The notes under the pieces are model-generated. The model ran no database searches and was not told the origin of the DNA. It was given only the letters and a program-made list of their open reading frames with translations. A DNA stretch of 64,000 nucleotides, taken from Balanoglossus misakiensis. Taxonomy: Eukaryota; Animalia; Hemichordata. The stretch is from contig CM082587.2 of NCBI GenBank assembly GCA_040954595.2, positions 9,367,403 through 9,431,402 on the forward strand, read 5' to 3'. The translations under genes and the position numbers were made by a program. This document shows, piece by piece, positions 36,946 through 52,000 of the stretch; within the stretch, counting starts at the first letter, position 1; every line of letters begins with the position of its first letter.

Positions 36946-39900
36946 ATGGATAAACTACTCAAAAAAAGCCAAAAGAAATCCAAGAGTAAGAGTTCAAAGT
37001 CGAGTAGTAAACAATCACCAGATGCAGCGTCTGAAAAGAAGAAAAAGGCAGAAGAAAAACATACCAAAGGACAAAAACAGATAAGGGCGGGCCAGATACA
37101 ACTAGTGCGCAATGTAGACGACAGTGCAGCAAGTGAACAAGGGAACGGAATAGCAGAGCCATACAGATCTGCAGAGCTAGGTGAGTATGGTATTTGGTAG
37201 CTGTGGTACGCAGCTGAACCGTTGGGGGTAATCAGCACCCCTCCCCCCCCCCCCCCACGGTACAGCTGCACACCACAGCTAGGTATTTGGATATGCTGAA
37301 CCAGTGTGTGTGTATAAAACCTTTGGATTTGATGGCGTTTAATAGTGTGTTCATGTACTTATTACCTGTATTACCAATAACTTGTTGAAATCGTTCTGCA
37401 GGTCAGTGCACTTTGAGCTATAAGACTGAAGAACCTTGATAAATTTGATAAACAATATAAAAATTAACCTATGACCTCAAATCAAATGTTTGAACATGTG
37501 CATGGTCAAACTTTGTCAATATTGACCATGGTGTGGAAAGGAGTGTGTATGTTGCATTGTGAGAGTAAGTTAAAAATAGACTTTGTTTGATGGCAATATG
37601 TGTAAGACATAATCATTTATAATGAAAATATGGTTTAAGGTTTGTCACTTATTTTCTTGATCAACACATCTACATGTGGCTGATACACTATTGAATGATT
37701 TCCAGTCCAGAAGAAACTCACAAGTTGCAGCTTAAAACTTTTGATAAAATACAACAATCATCAAGTAAGTTGAGAAGTAATTGTTAAAACTGCAGCCCAC
37801 ATGTTCACCAGTGCATACAGTGGACAAGGGCAGCAGAGCCAGCATGATCATTTATGTTATGTACTCTGGTAGTGAACACAGAATAATCTGCACGACATAT
37901 ATGCAATAATAATAGGAACAGCACCTTCCATAATTTGGCACCTGCAACACAGTGCTCGTCATAAGCAGAAGTTGCAAAATGTAGGACAGTGACAATGCAG
38001 TATTGGGGGTTGGAATGCAAGTTATATTTTTCAAACACATAAGTTCTGAGATATATGATGGACACGAATTGTTTGAAGCCTTTATAACACAGCCGAGAGT
38101 CTCACCAACGCACCCCCTACTTTCCAGCGATTCATGGAATTTTTAATAGCAGGGCTGGATATTTGGATGATGTAATCATTTTCAGCCGAACATTCCAAGA
38201 GCATATACAAAGCTTAGAAGAAGTACTTAGACGTAGTGAAGGAGCGGGTCTCAAGTTACATGTACAGCCATCAAAATGTACAATCTTCAAGGATCATACA
38301 GTTGTCTTTCTTGGACAAACAGTATCAAAGGATGGTGTGTCCCCAGATCCAGCGATTACTGAGCAAATATGGTCTTACCCTTCTCCGTTATGTGCAGCCA
38401 ATGTACGGCAATGTATGGAGTTAGCGTCGTACTATAGGAAATTTGTGAAGGATTTTGTATTGATTGCAACTGAACACCATTACATCGGCTTGCCGCTATA
38501 TGAGAAAGAAGCAAAATTTCAATGGTCAGGTGAATGTAGCAATGCATTCTACATGTAGGTTCTGAAGACTGCGCTAGCTAATCTGCCGATACTTGGTTAC
38601 CCTGACTTTACTACCAAACCATTTTGCTCACACACTGATGCATCTCATTCAGCAGTTGGGGTGGTCCTGTCTCAAAAAGGGGATAAAGGGGAAAAGTCGT
38701 TGTTTATGGGAGCCACAGCCTGAATAAAACAGAGAAGAAAGGGGGGTCACATATGACAAAGAGTTATTTGTTGTTGTATGGGGTGTTTGTCATTTTCAAC
38801 CGTATTTGTGTGGTGCTAAATTTGAAGTATTGACGGATCACAAACCATTAAAGGCCATTTTCTCGATCCCAGGGCAGAACAATGAGGGCAAATAAGAAAT
38901 CCCTTTTGTTAGCACGTAACTGTTTATTGGAAACAAAAGATTTGACCCACTGTTGAGAAGGGCCTTTAATCGGGCTGAGGAATATCAAGGCTGGCCATTA
39001 TCCTACAGGACGTAGAGAGAGATGGGCGATTGAAATAAGTATGTAGGATTTTGCTGTCACACAAAGAGCCGGAAAATTACATTCCACTGCTGATGCCATG
39101 TCAAGATTCTGATCACAGTTCGAGGTGGAAGGTGACATTGGAGTACGGGAAGATGATGATGGACAGGAAATAGGCTGGTGTATTCTGGGACAGGTATCAA
39201 CAATACCAATTCGACAGCACACCCTCAATGTCAATCAGGTTCAAAGTTCAGAATCTTCACCGTCACACGGTGCTACAGTGATGAATGACGTCAATTTATG
39301 TGCCCTGAGGAAGGAACAACAGGATGATGAGGTGTTGTGGGAAGTGCTCTCATGATTTAGGAGTAAATGGAACCAGACAAACAAACTTTGCATAGAAAAG
39401 ACTGGCGATTGAAATTGCTGTGGCATAACTTTGATAAACTGAAAATACAACATAGTTATACTATTCCGACAGTGGACCCTACCTCATTGCGATCCAGTAA
39501 ACTTAATACGTTTGCCTTGAGTAATGTGGTGCTTTGTCCTATTGAAAGAACTGTACAGTGGTGTGGCGTCTGGCCATATGGGAGTGAAGAGAACATTGGC
39601 TCTCTGTAGACAAAGATTCTATTGGCCAGGGATGCATCAGGATGAGTCCAATGTTGCTAGATTTGTCAACAAAGGAAATCTCCAGCACCCAAAAGCGAGG
39701 GCTCCTGCGAGCATATCCTTAAACTTAACACGGCCCTTTGAGATGGTGGCAGCTGACCTCACCGAGGTGCCACAGTCCAGGAGAGGAAACTTGTATGGAA
39801 TCTCTTATACATACTTTCCTATGAACTTTGTGAGTTAAAGAGAGCAACTACTGTTGTGTCTCAGATAGATACAGAGAATCAAGTCAGAAATAAGACTGAA

Positions 39901-42900
39901 CTTATGTCTGGAATTCAACTGGAAGGGGGCAACAATTTCAGGGCCCCAAAAGGCAGAAGTCAAGAAATTGCTGAAAAAGTCTCATATTTTTAGTCAATTT
40001 CCAGGTGACCGGGTACATACATGTACACTGGTGCAGCACCGTGTTGCTTGGTGGTAAATCATGCACTACGTACACTGACAAGACTTTAGAGACAACTAAT
40101 GATTGCAATCTACATGTAATTCTGATGATGTATTATTACTCATGAATATTCAATTTAACCCATTCATAAATCTGCAGTTCTCACAGCCAGTAAAAATGCA
40201 TTCAGCTGTCCAGTTTTGCTGACTTGTGGCATCTATTGAAAACTATGGTCTCCCAGTCTGGCTTAAAATCTCAGTTAGACTAATTGTGTTTGTAGGTGGA
40301 CAGTCATTATAATGGCTCTGGCTCAGTTGACAGCATCAGTTGCTTGGGATCATTGGTCACCAGTGATGTCAGAAATGCTGCACACTGATGAGAATTCTTT
40401 CACTGCAAGCATCCCTGATTTTCTTACATACACTCATCCAAGAGATGGGTAGGCAGCAGTCATTTTAGACCTTGCAATTGCATGTAAAACAGCATGAACA
40501 GAAGCAAGGTCCCATAATTCAAGTCTTTCATGCACTACATGTATGATGAGGTCAGAAAGCACTAAATTTATATTGGCCTTAGGTTATGTCAAGTCAGCTG
40601 AGAACATGACCAATTCTTTTCCAAAATGAGGATTATTTCAACCCTGGGCAGGCCCTGGTTTAACTGCTGATGAGAGTGACACTAATTTGTGTGTATTATG
40701 GTCATGTAATCCTATCCTTGGAGTATACTGTTACATTGAAAATCTATATTTAGATATAGGGTGGCTATTTTATGTTCATTTTAATTTTCACATTATATAT
40801 TAAGTATGGGCAGTAGTTTGTAAGCTGAGACATGAAGCTGTGTTTGTGTATTTGTAGATATTCCGGTAATTCAAGCCGAATTCCTGTCATTCTGATAGAA
40901 GGTCATCAGTCATTCTATGTGTTATTTGTTGTGAGGCCTGAAGGTTGTGGATATTATTAAGTTGACTTATAAAGTTGTACATTTGTAATTGATCAACTAT
41001 ATGAGAGGCCTTGGTGAATTACATGTAAGCCTGATTTCATGTATAGATAATTGCAGTGTACTACATGTATCATCTACATGTACTCCCATGATGTCGTCAT
41101 ATCAGACTGTGGCGACATCTATAACATGTGTTGTGTCTGTGCTCATCCAAATTCTTCAAACACCGGCAAGAGCTATACTGCATATCAATCATATTAGTCA
41201 TACCAAGATCTGAAATAGCTTAGCAACGTGTATTTTTTGTTCCATTTTAGATCCCAAAGTTAAAGTGAAAGGTGAAAGTCCTGGAAAAGTGTCTGCAGCA
41301 TCTAACAGTACTAATGATTTTGTGAGTACGGACCCTTCCAGTGGTGCCAGTAGTGAGGGCCCTGCAGGTGCCAAGCAAGAAGAAACCAAGGTGCAAGAGT
41401 TGACAAGCAGATTTGCTGACAGAGACAGTGTTGACCACAAAATCAACACATCTATCACCAATAGTGTGTCTGCAGTTAATGGTGTCAATACCTCTGAAAC
41501 CAGTCAGCTTCATGAAGGCTCAACTAGTGAATTCAACCGCCGTCATACCATTGATGCTGGACGCTTTCCACAAGAACCTCATGATTTCCAGGTTCAAGTC
41601 AGAGGCAGACAGGTATGCAAATAAGATGGTTCTTGAGATAAATAACAATTTTCCTGTACATAACTTGCATATTTATAGTCAAGTTCAAAACTAAATGCTA
41701 AAGTAGTCTATTTTAATAATTTTAATTAATTTTAATTAATTTTAATTAATTTTGATATATTTGACAAAGAAAATTAGTATTTATAGAGCTTATTGGCTTT
41801 TAAAAGGATGCAGTGATTGGGAAGTCACTTGTAAACTGTGTGTTCTACAGTAATGGGGGACTTGAAACGGCTGTGATTATTCAAACTTTCCATACAAATG
41901 CTAAACAGGAGTACTAACGTACATGGGACGTTGTAAGCCAGCCAACGACCCGAGCGAGTGAACGATGTAAATCAGCTGGCTGAAGTGTGAGTTTGGTTAT
42001 TCATTTACATACTTCGTACGAGAACTTGGATGAACTTTAAGGCAGCAAAGAAACAAATTTCAATGCGTCATTTTTCAGTTAAATGCACATGTGATGCAGG
42101 GCCCTTCGTCTTCCCAATTACCTGAGGATGTGGCATGTCATAAGACCCTTTTATAAATTGTGATTTTTAGGTACACACAGTCCACACACCATTGGGACCT
42201 TACATGGGATCAATCGGTTGCGTCTGTGTACATGTATATCATTATATGTATGTCCGTCCACATCAAAAACTTGAAAACCACTGCGTGTATCACCTTGATA
42301 TTTGGTGTGTAGATGCAAGCTGGGCTGTAGATGGGAGTTTGTTCAAACAATTTGTCATTGCCAAACATATGCAAATTAGCTGCTGGTAAAATGTGAAATT
42401 TGTCAAAACTCAGAAACTCAAGAACTGCCACTCAGATTTATTTGAAAATTGGTATGCATGTACCTTATGTCTACCTCAAACAGTCCTGTATGTTTTGAGC
42501 TAATATTATCAATTTTCTTTTTTTTATGCATTTGTTTGTCTTTTTCCACATTATTGGTACAAAATCTTTACTGAAAGTAATCGGCCGACTTCTTTGAAAT
42601 TTGGTTTCAAGCTTCCTATGGGTGGTCTGAGTTACCATCTAGGTGTGTTCACATTGTTGCAAAATTTGCATATTATAATTTTGAGCAATTTTTGCCATTT
42701 TGGGTCAAAAATCTTGTTCTCTAAAACTGCATGTAAGATTGCATTGCAATTTGGGAGGTATGTTCCTAGGGGTAACCCATGTACATGTAAGCTGTTGCAA
42801 AACAATTGTGATATTTACATAATTGTGTTTATATTGGGGAATTTTTTTTGCAATTTTTGTCAAAAATTGTTTCTTCTGAAACTGCTTGTCACATTGCTGT

Positions 42901-45900
42901 GAACTTTGGCAGGCCTGTCCCTTGTGGTGATTGAAGTAAGATAATTACATTTATGGTGATATTTGTATATTTGTGTTTTTGCCACTTATGAACAAATATT
43001 TGTATGAAACTGCTTGTTGGATTGCTTTGAAATTGGTAGGAATATTCCTAGGGGTAACCCAAGTTTTTCTCTGGTTGCTGTAGAATTTAGAATACAATTT
43101 TATAACACTTATTTGTGCAACTTTTATTGAATTCTGATATCAGAAATTTTCAATATTTTGTGATTTTTTAAAAAAATTGTTTTGTTTTTGGTTAGCAAAT
43201 CTCCTAAACCAATTGTCCAGTTGCTTTGAAAGTTGCTGTACCCCAACTTAGACTTTGTACACTACATGTTCACATAACATATTTTTAATTACCAGTGGCG
43301 AGTCAGTAAGCATCTCTGTTTATCTGTCCGCCTGTCTGTCCAAGGGCTGACTGAAAGAAGTTGCATGTCATACGTGTTTGTACAGGCAATTTTTGGACAA
43401 AAACAAATTTTTCTGGCATCGCTTTTAAGACTGCCATGACACATGATAGTTTATTGGACATGTTCCTAGTTAATGTTTTTACTTTTTGATATCTATATAT
43501 ATGGTTAGGTCATTTCTGCTTTCGATTGTCACGTGTGATTTTTATTCTGGTGTATGTACCTATTTCCGTGTAATCCTTAATGAGACCACAGTGTCCTTGA
43601 CGCTATGTTTTTTACATTTTTTCAGCTTTGGCATGTTATGTGATGCACTGCATATTTTTTTACAGTGTTCTAAAGAAAACATTTTTAAATGTTTTATTTA
43701 GGGAATACGGCAATTAAGTGTGGATGATACTGTCATCATGCAAGATCAACAGTCAGAAGAAAGTGAATTCAAACGTGGTAGTAAATACCGGTCAAGTCTA
43801 CCAGTTGTAAGACCAGTGATCAATATGTCAAAGGCAAGGCCTCTAGGTAGGACATCTTTCCATTATTGCACATGTACATGTACAGTGTATATATAGCATA
43901 TTGTTACTCAAAAGTCAAGGTTTATCAAAATTTGATTTGTCTTTCGGATGCCTTGATTGGTTTATATGGGTCAGGGAGGAACCAAAATTTGTTTTGTATT
44001 GTTGGGTTGACCTTTACCTTCAGGGGGGTGACTCATGAACGCTGCCCTCTAGTGGCTACTAAATTGACCAATCAGAGTGCGGCATTCTGGAAATTAAAGG
44101 GGAAATCCGTCGTAGCTGATTTCTACATAATTTTGTAGCCTTGATGTCACTCTTTCAGAAAAAAACATATTCGCCATGTATAGGTCGCGCGATTTTTTAC
44201 AAAATCTAGGGAAAGTTGGCAGAATTTCCAATATGGCGTTTACTGTAATTTGAATCATGGGAAAAAAAGCGCCAGGACCAACTTCCGCCCACCATGGTGT
44301 GGGTGATACCATTCTCAGATAGGTGTCACTGGGCGACAGACTAGGCGTATTTTCATAGCTATTGTTTGTTCTTTGCATCAGTTGATAAACAATCATCAGC
44401 AAGGTTGAAAATTTGTCATCTATTGACAGTTTTCATGAGCTATAACCCATGGAAAATATGCAAATACGCTTAGCTTGTGACGCAGTGACACCAATCGGGA
44501 AATGGTATCACCCACACTAAGGTGGGCGGAAGTTGGTCCTGGCGCTTTTTTTCCCATGATTCAAATTACAGTAAACGCCATATTGGAACTTTCACTCGGT
44601 TTTTTTCTTAATCGCGCGACTTATACATGGCGAAACTGTTTCTTTCTGAAAGAGTGACATAAAAGCTACCGAATTATGTAGAAATTAGCTACAACGGATT
44701 TCCCCTTTAACAGCTCACTCATATGCGCGTCTTGTCGACAGTAGAGGCTCGAAAAACCCCGTTTTTGAACAGAATGTGATCATAGAAAAAAAACACGATC
44801 ACAAATTTAGAAATTTACATTATGTGTGAAACACCAGACATTTTTCCCCGAATGATACTACATCTGTGTTTATTTTACGGAGAGTTGAAATTGATATACC
44901 CAATCTTAAAGTAGGACCTTTATAACAAAGTTAATTAGCTGTGTTTTGGGCATTATTGCATGAAAACGGTCGGGGCGATATCCATTTAAAAAAACATTTT
45001 TGAGTTTTTCTCTCATAACAGTTTAAAAATATAAAAGCGCCTCTAAGCGCCTCTTTCTAAAACCCCGTATGACCGTGTTGAATTCCACGGCCGAAAGTGG
45101 GTAGTATTTCTGCGACTCCCATAGACAACGTGTTTGGCACACGGCCATTACAGTGTACGCTGCTCGAGTCGACATATACAAACAGGCGCAAATTATTTTG
45201 TCTACGCAATATTCCAAGAATCGTAATCAAGTATCGGACAAAATACCAAAATCAGTCATGGCCCTGCGTTAGACCAAGCTATATGTAGCGAACAAGGTCA
45301 CCTGAGTCCGCTCAGAAGTAGCAGTACAGTGTGTGGAGACGTCGACGTGAGACACACCACCGGCCCTGCCACACTGAGCTGAAATGCTCGTGGCTCTTAG
45401 CCATCCCAGTCGGTAACAAGTCGTTACGGCACTTAATCTTCTCGGTTCGGCCTTTAATTTACACAATCATGGCCGTTTCGGCCCGGACGCAAACTCAGTC
45501 TGCAATTTGCAGTTCAGTAAACGGCGAACGGGATAGTCCGAACGCAGGGAGCATGCACGCAGATCTAGCTACGCAGGGCTAGCGAACGGGACAAAACGAT
45601 ATAATAGTAATAAAAGCGAGCGTGTTGTCAGATCAGTAGGACTGTCATATCATGAAGAAATTACGATCCCGGGATTACGATAGGCATCATATCTGCATAT
45701 AGGGACATTATAACGAGCGTGAAACTGACATGGAAACGATCGACAGTACGGTGACTGTGGGTAGAGCGAGCATGTTGCTGTGAAGAACGCATTTACCATG
45801 TTTGTTTACAACACACAGCGACTTGACCTGCAGTCGCCAAGCAGTTTACGATCTCATGGATCGCGGTTGGACTAACAAAAATAACAAAGAAACAGAACCA

Positions 45901-46063
45901 CATTAGGAAGTATTATAGGTCTGTCTCCTCGAAGTCGAATATTGTGCAAAACACAAGGCACATCAAACGTGTTGCCCAGACACCGGAAGTTAGCAGTTCG
46001 TTTGCCTGGTTTGAAATGTGCGGCTGTGGTAGAAATTACCCACTGTGCTTTGCGGCGTGAGTC

Positions 46064-46094
<31 letters not shown>

Positions 46095-49000
46095 GCTTTA
46101 CCTTCAACATCCATAAAACACACATACCTGATTTGAGTCGTATAGTAGTGGGGCTGGCTTCGAAAAATTATACAATCGCAGGGATTTTTGGGTCAATTCT
46201 AATGTGTATCAAAACAAAAAAAGACTCAGTGCGCAAGCGCAGTGTGATGACCGCTGCAGTTTAATTAGAGATTTACGTAGCAAAGAATTGTTCAGAGCTA
46301 TGATCACCTAATTTTTATTGCATAAAATCTCCAAGTTTCATTTTACTTTGGATAAGAGTCTGGCACATACATGTATGTAGCTGATGATTTTTTTGGGTTC
46401 TACATATTGTTCTGCGACGCTTTTGTGTAACGCCCACACTGTGGCACCCCTTGGTCCCATAAATGCCACATGTACGCTAGCCACAGTAGTTGCTAGCCAG
46501 TCAGTCGACTTGGCTGTGAACACAGAATTGCGCACTGCGCGAATCTCCTTGCTATGAAAGACAGATCAAATTTTTTTTTACTTTGAAAATAATAAACACT
46601 GACTACCAAGGTATACCTCGCTCGACTGTGGTTCGATCATGGTCCACGCTAGTCTAGTATCTAGCTGTATTTTGTCCGCTTTGCTTCCAAAACTATGTCT
46701 AGCCTCAACCAAGCCACTGGCCCAATAAAACCTGATACCCCTTGCTGGGAGTTTTGAGGTAACTAGCTTCCCTCTGATACACTAAAACCCTCTGGGGAGA
46801 ACACTGGCACTACACATGTTTTTATGTAGAATGTGGATGTGCCCATCAATATTTCAGCTGCCATCCTCTTGGAACAATTCTATTGCCTATACGTTGATCA
46901 CCTGATTGCCCTGTCACCAACTTGGCTATGAGCTACATGTACAATGTATACTGCCGCAATCCCGAGGTGCAAGGTTCAAATTTCTGGCTGTGAAATGGAT
47001 TAACTCAGTGTATTTTTCGCAAATCTTACTGTTTTATAGGAACATTTGTATGCATGTTTGATGAAGGGGTTATTATTTGACAAAATATGGCCACATCACT
47101 CGGGTACAATGTGATATTGGCCAAACTGTGTGTAATAACCCCTAAATATAGCGGCTTTTTGTGAATTTTTTTTTATGTTCACATCCATTATTCAGACTAC
47201 TTATTCTTTGTCTTTTAGGTTTGATTTATTTACAGTATTTAAATCAAACAAGGAGAGCCTGGATGCCGAATGAAATCACTGGTATTGATACAGTTCGTGC
47301 TCTGTTTGTGAGGGCTTTCCCTAAACACCTTTCCATGTACATATTGTCACAACCGGATAAAAAGATATACATTAGAGATCCGCTGACAGAAATATTTTAT
47401 GAACTTGAAGATATAAGGTCAGTTTGTTCAAATAGTTGTCGCATTGTTAATGTTAGGTTTACCCATATATAGGGTAACCGGTTGTATTTGAACAATATAC
47501 ATGCTTGTATACCGGTATATTGATTGCAAGAGAATGACAAACTGGGTGATCTTTGGTTTGGCTGTTACATCGATCATTTCATTGCCTATATTAGAGATAT
47601 GTGAAGTGTTTTTCAATATTTTACAAGTTGAGCTGAGTTTCACATTTTCATAAATTATGCTTATTAGAAAGGTGTCCTTGATAATCCCACAATGCCATGC
47701 TCTAGACGCAACACTGGTAACCTTTATTGGCTATGCTATTGACTTCTTCTTTGAAACTGCCTTGAAATTTTATGTGAAGGTTTGTTGTGGTGGCCTTAAT
47801 AAGATTTGATCATAGTGTGGTGAAATTTGCATATTGCTTGTAAGGGTGACGCTTTTTTTTTATTTGTTTCTCATCTCCAGAGGAATAGTCAGGCAGGGCG
47901 GGCGGGCGAAATAAAAAAAAACGTGTACCAAAAAAAAAAAAACCTGTTTCAGTTCCATGTTTTATCCATTACAAACAAATGTGTAGGCCTATTTGTTTCT
48001 GTTCAATGTTCTGGCTGTTCAGTCATTGCAATTTCTTATCTTTCTGTCCAGTGTTTTGTGCTCTCTGTCCTTTTAGTCACTATAATTTCTTGTCTTTCAC
48101 TTTAATGCTCTGTCCTTTCATTCTCTACAATTTCTTCCCTTTCCTCCGGCCTCGATGGCTTCAGCCATGGACTGGTCCGACACGACCGCCATGATGAATA
48201 TGACGTCATATTTGCAAAATCTCACAATTAGCCGTTGGGGGCGCTGTTGCTAGGATGATCGCCTCAGGCTCAGAGTCGGCGCAAATAAAAGTTTTTTTTA
48301 TTTTCATGTCGGAGCTGAAATTTACGGTCGGTCGGGAGATGAGAAACACAGAAAATAAAAACGTCACCCTAAGAGGCAATTTCGGTGGTGTTTACCTCCA
48401 ATACTATTCCTGCTGCTTTTAAAATGTTGACTTTTATATATATTTTTAGGTCCCATTGGTATATACCATGGGACCTTATGGGATTGGTTGCGTCTGTATG
48501 TATGTATGGATGGATGGATGTATGTCTGTATGTCTGTATGTCCGTCCACATCAAAAACTGGAAAACCGCTGCGTGTATCACCTTGATATTTGGTGTGTAG
48601 GTGCAGGCTTGGCTGTAGATGGGAGTTTGTCCAAACGAAGTTGCCAGGCCCAAAAATATGCAAATTAGCTGGAAAAATGTGAATTTGGTCAAAACTCAGT
48701 AACTCGAAGAACTACTGGTCAGATTGCTTTGCAAAGTGGTGTGTATTTACTTTATTGAGTTGTTTTAATTAGGCAGGACGTTCCCTGGTGTGATTGATTT
48801 ACACAGGAAATTCCTGAATGATTACATAACTGGCTAAGTTTTAAAGAGGCCAGCTGTTCTATTTAGTGTATGTACAGTACATATGCCATTGGCAGCTTAT
48901 GGGTCAGTCAATGCTTGCCCATTGATCTCTCGCTATGTGTGTGTGTGTGTCTGTCTGTATATGGCCATGTACTCCGGTGTAGACTTTTTCTTGTGTAATA

Positions 49001-52000
49001 ACTCAATGCGACCACCGTGTCCTTGATGGGATTTTTAGAATTATTCATTTGATGTAAATGTTAAGAAATAACAAAGTTTTTGCCTTAAACAGGGACATAA
49101 AAGACAGATGTGTTGTCAGAATGGTGTCCGAAAGAGGAGCATCAACTCGGAGTCAGCCGTCAGCAGTTTCACCAAGACCAGTTACAAGTTATTATTCTGA
49201 GCCTGAGTATGATGGCAGTACCAATATGAGACAACATAGACACACATTTGTCACTACCACAGCTGTTAAACAAGAACAATCACCTGCACCAAGCCAAACT
49301 CAAATGCATAGACAAAACTCTAGTCCAGTTTACACGTATGAAAAAAGAGAGAGTGTGGATCAGTCCAGATTACATCAACCACGACCAAGTTCGGCCATGG
49401 TTACTGCAACCCTACCAACAAAAACTCCACAATTGTTCACTGATTCTGTAGATAGTGTGACAATGAGTAAGTAGCAATTTATTTGTGGAAATTGACTAAG
49501 AAATTTTTTGGAAAGAGTGCCAGTATACACATATTGACTGGCCACGCGGGCAACAGCATACGGCTGAACATCTGTAAAGGGACTGTGAGGTAACTCACAG
49601 TCCCAAGGTGTGACAGCTGTATGCTGTTAACTGAAATGCCTCATCCGCAGCCATGTATAAAAACTCACCATACACAAAATGAGCGGGCATTGATGAAAAA
49701 AGTGACTATCAATTGACAAATGAGAACACAGACTGTGGATGAGGTGTGTTACAATACTATTTGCATACTCTTATGTGTGCATTTCTGTCCATTTATTCCT
49801 GGAAAATTTATCCATTGAAAATAATACAAATAATATGAGGTTATTACGAAAATACCGCAAAGTATGCACGAGGACATTAGCGCTGAGTATCGCCCGACGC
49901 GTAGCGGAGGGTGATGCGCTGCGCTAATGTCCGAGTGCATACTTTGCGGTATTTTCGTAATAACCTTATTATTATACATCTTACATCTCCGTTAGTTCTT
50001 GTGTTGCATGTTACTTGGCTTTCAAAACGCCCAAAATGCCGATACAATCGATCGAAAACCGCTCAGTTGACTCAGTGAGCAGCCATCTTTCTTTTTTGTG
50101 TACGTGCGTTTGAGTGGGGGTGTCTTGAAACTGTCCGCATAACAACGCATACCTGTACACGGTGAGTTGGGGCGCCTTGAAACTGAAGACTTATTTAACA
50201 CGCGTTCCATACGTACCGTTCCGTACGGCTTTTTAGCGCACGCTAAATTCTACTGTTCTCAGTGCCAGATGTATAATAATAATATTGATTTCTTATAAAG
50301 CACATAACATAGTACATCTCAATGCACTTTACAATTATTCCTCTGGTCACTGGACCTAGTGTTTCCATTCAACTCCCCGGAGAACAAACAACAGCTCACA
50401 TGTGCAGCCATAAGCGCAGCAGAGCTGAACACACACATTGCAATCTCTGTCCTACCAGGTACCAATTACTCCTGGGTGGGGAGAAGCAATGAGAAGTAAA
50501 GAGCCTTGATCAAGGACACAACACCATAGCCATGCCAGGCTTGAAACCCACGATCCTCTTATCATGAGTCCAATGCTAATTGTAGTATCTCTCTCTCTAT
50601 ATATAGCAATGAAATCAGCTACACTCCCAGGTGGTGGCAGAGTTATTGGTACTGATAGAACTGAAGAACCACTCCAGAGGCAGCAAGTGTTTTCACCTGT
50701 CCGACAAGTTGCTCTTAGTCCAATAAAGCCCAAAACAACACCGTTTCAAGTACCATTCAGTTCAAGTCAAAGGCCGTTGTCTGCTCCCGCACCACAAAGA
50801 TCATCGACTCCACAAAAGATAGAGTACACCACAGCGCATGGAATTACTCCAACCAATCCAGAATATCTGCTGAGGTCAATGCCTCATTTAAATAGTGGCA
50901 GTATGAGTGATAGTGAAATGATACACGTTCATCAACACAGTTTGTCTGGTAGATCAACACCAGCAATGAGTGACAGTGATACAGGGTAAGTCACAACTAT
51001 TCAAGAATCAGTAGTTGTAGTACATATGTACATTGTCATTCATTTGCATCTGAAATGAAAATTTCTGAGCCATTTAATACTCTGTGACTTCCCACGTACA
51101 TTGCTCGTTGGAGCTATTCTGAAGAACTGAATATTCCAAAATTGACTGTCTTTGCATCCCGGGTGCCCCATTCTACGCAGGAATGCCTTGCTCTTACTGG
51201 CACTATGACATTGAAATTTTGTTGAAATCCACACACCTGGGCTTCGATGTGAAACATTTGCTAAAATACTGTAAAATACTTTATTTTCGCGAGTTGAAAT
51301 TTTCGCGATATCGAGAGAGGCCACTGCTTTGCGAGTATTCATTTTTCGCGTTCTCTTATTTCATTCACTGCATCGTTATCTTCACAAAAATTTACGCGAC
51401 TTTTTATTTCACGCTATTTTGGCCGTGGCGTCTTTCGCGAAAAATTATTGCTTGCGAAAATAAAGTGTTTTACAGTAAACAGTACCGGGTAGCACTATTA
51501 CTAAATGCCTGGTATATCTACAATCTCACCCCCCACTGCTTTTAATGGAAAGTTCTTGATGCTGTAGATTGCGCTGCAAAATCGTCACTTGCTTACAAGA
51601 TGACCTGGAACTACTTTCAATTTGACAACTGACATTGGGAGGAGAAAACACAGTCACACCTCCCCTTTTCCAGAAAATGCCATTCTTTTTCTCATTACAT
51701 TAAAGCCCTTATATAGCTGCAAAATTTTATCACAGTAAAATACTTCAAATATATTCCCTATCCTCTAAAATCCTCACCATTGAGCCATAGTACTTGCATT
51801 TGAATAAGTTTATTTCTTGGCGATAGATGTGTACTGTTTGTATGGAGGCTCATTAAAGTGGTGTGGCACCGGTTTAATACATAGCGTGATCAAATTGTGA
51901 CATGCAGTCACAATGGGGCATTAATAAAGTGTTCATGAATACATATCAGTAAGCTTATTTAGATGGACAAATTTAAGTTGGAAAATAAAATCATGAAAAT

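Noticed and set aside
50500-50580. Possible tRNA gene
   Set aside because: Only a degenerate B-box head attached to a CORE-like SINE body; no cloverleaf is evident.
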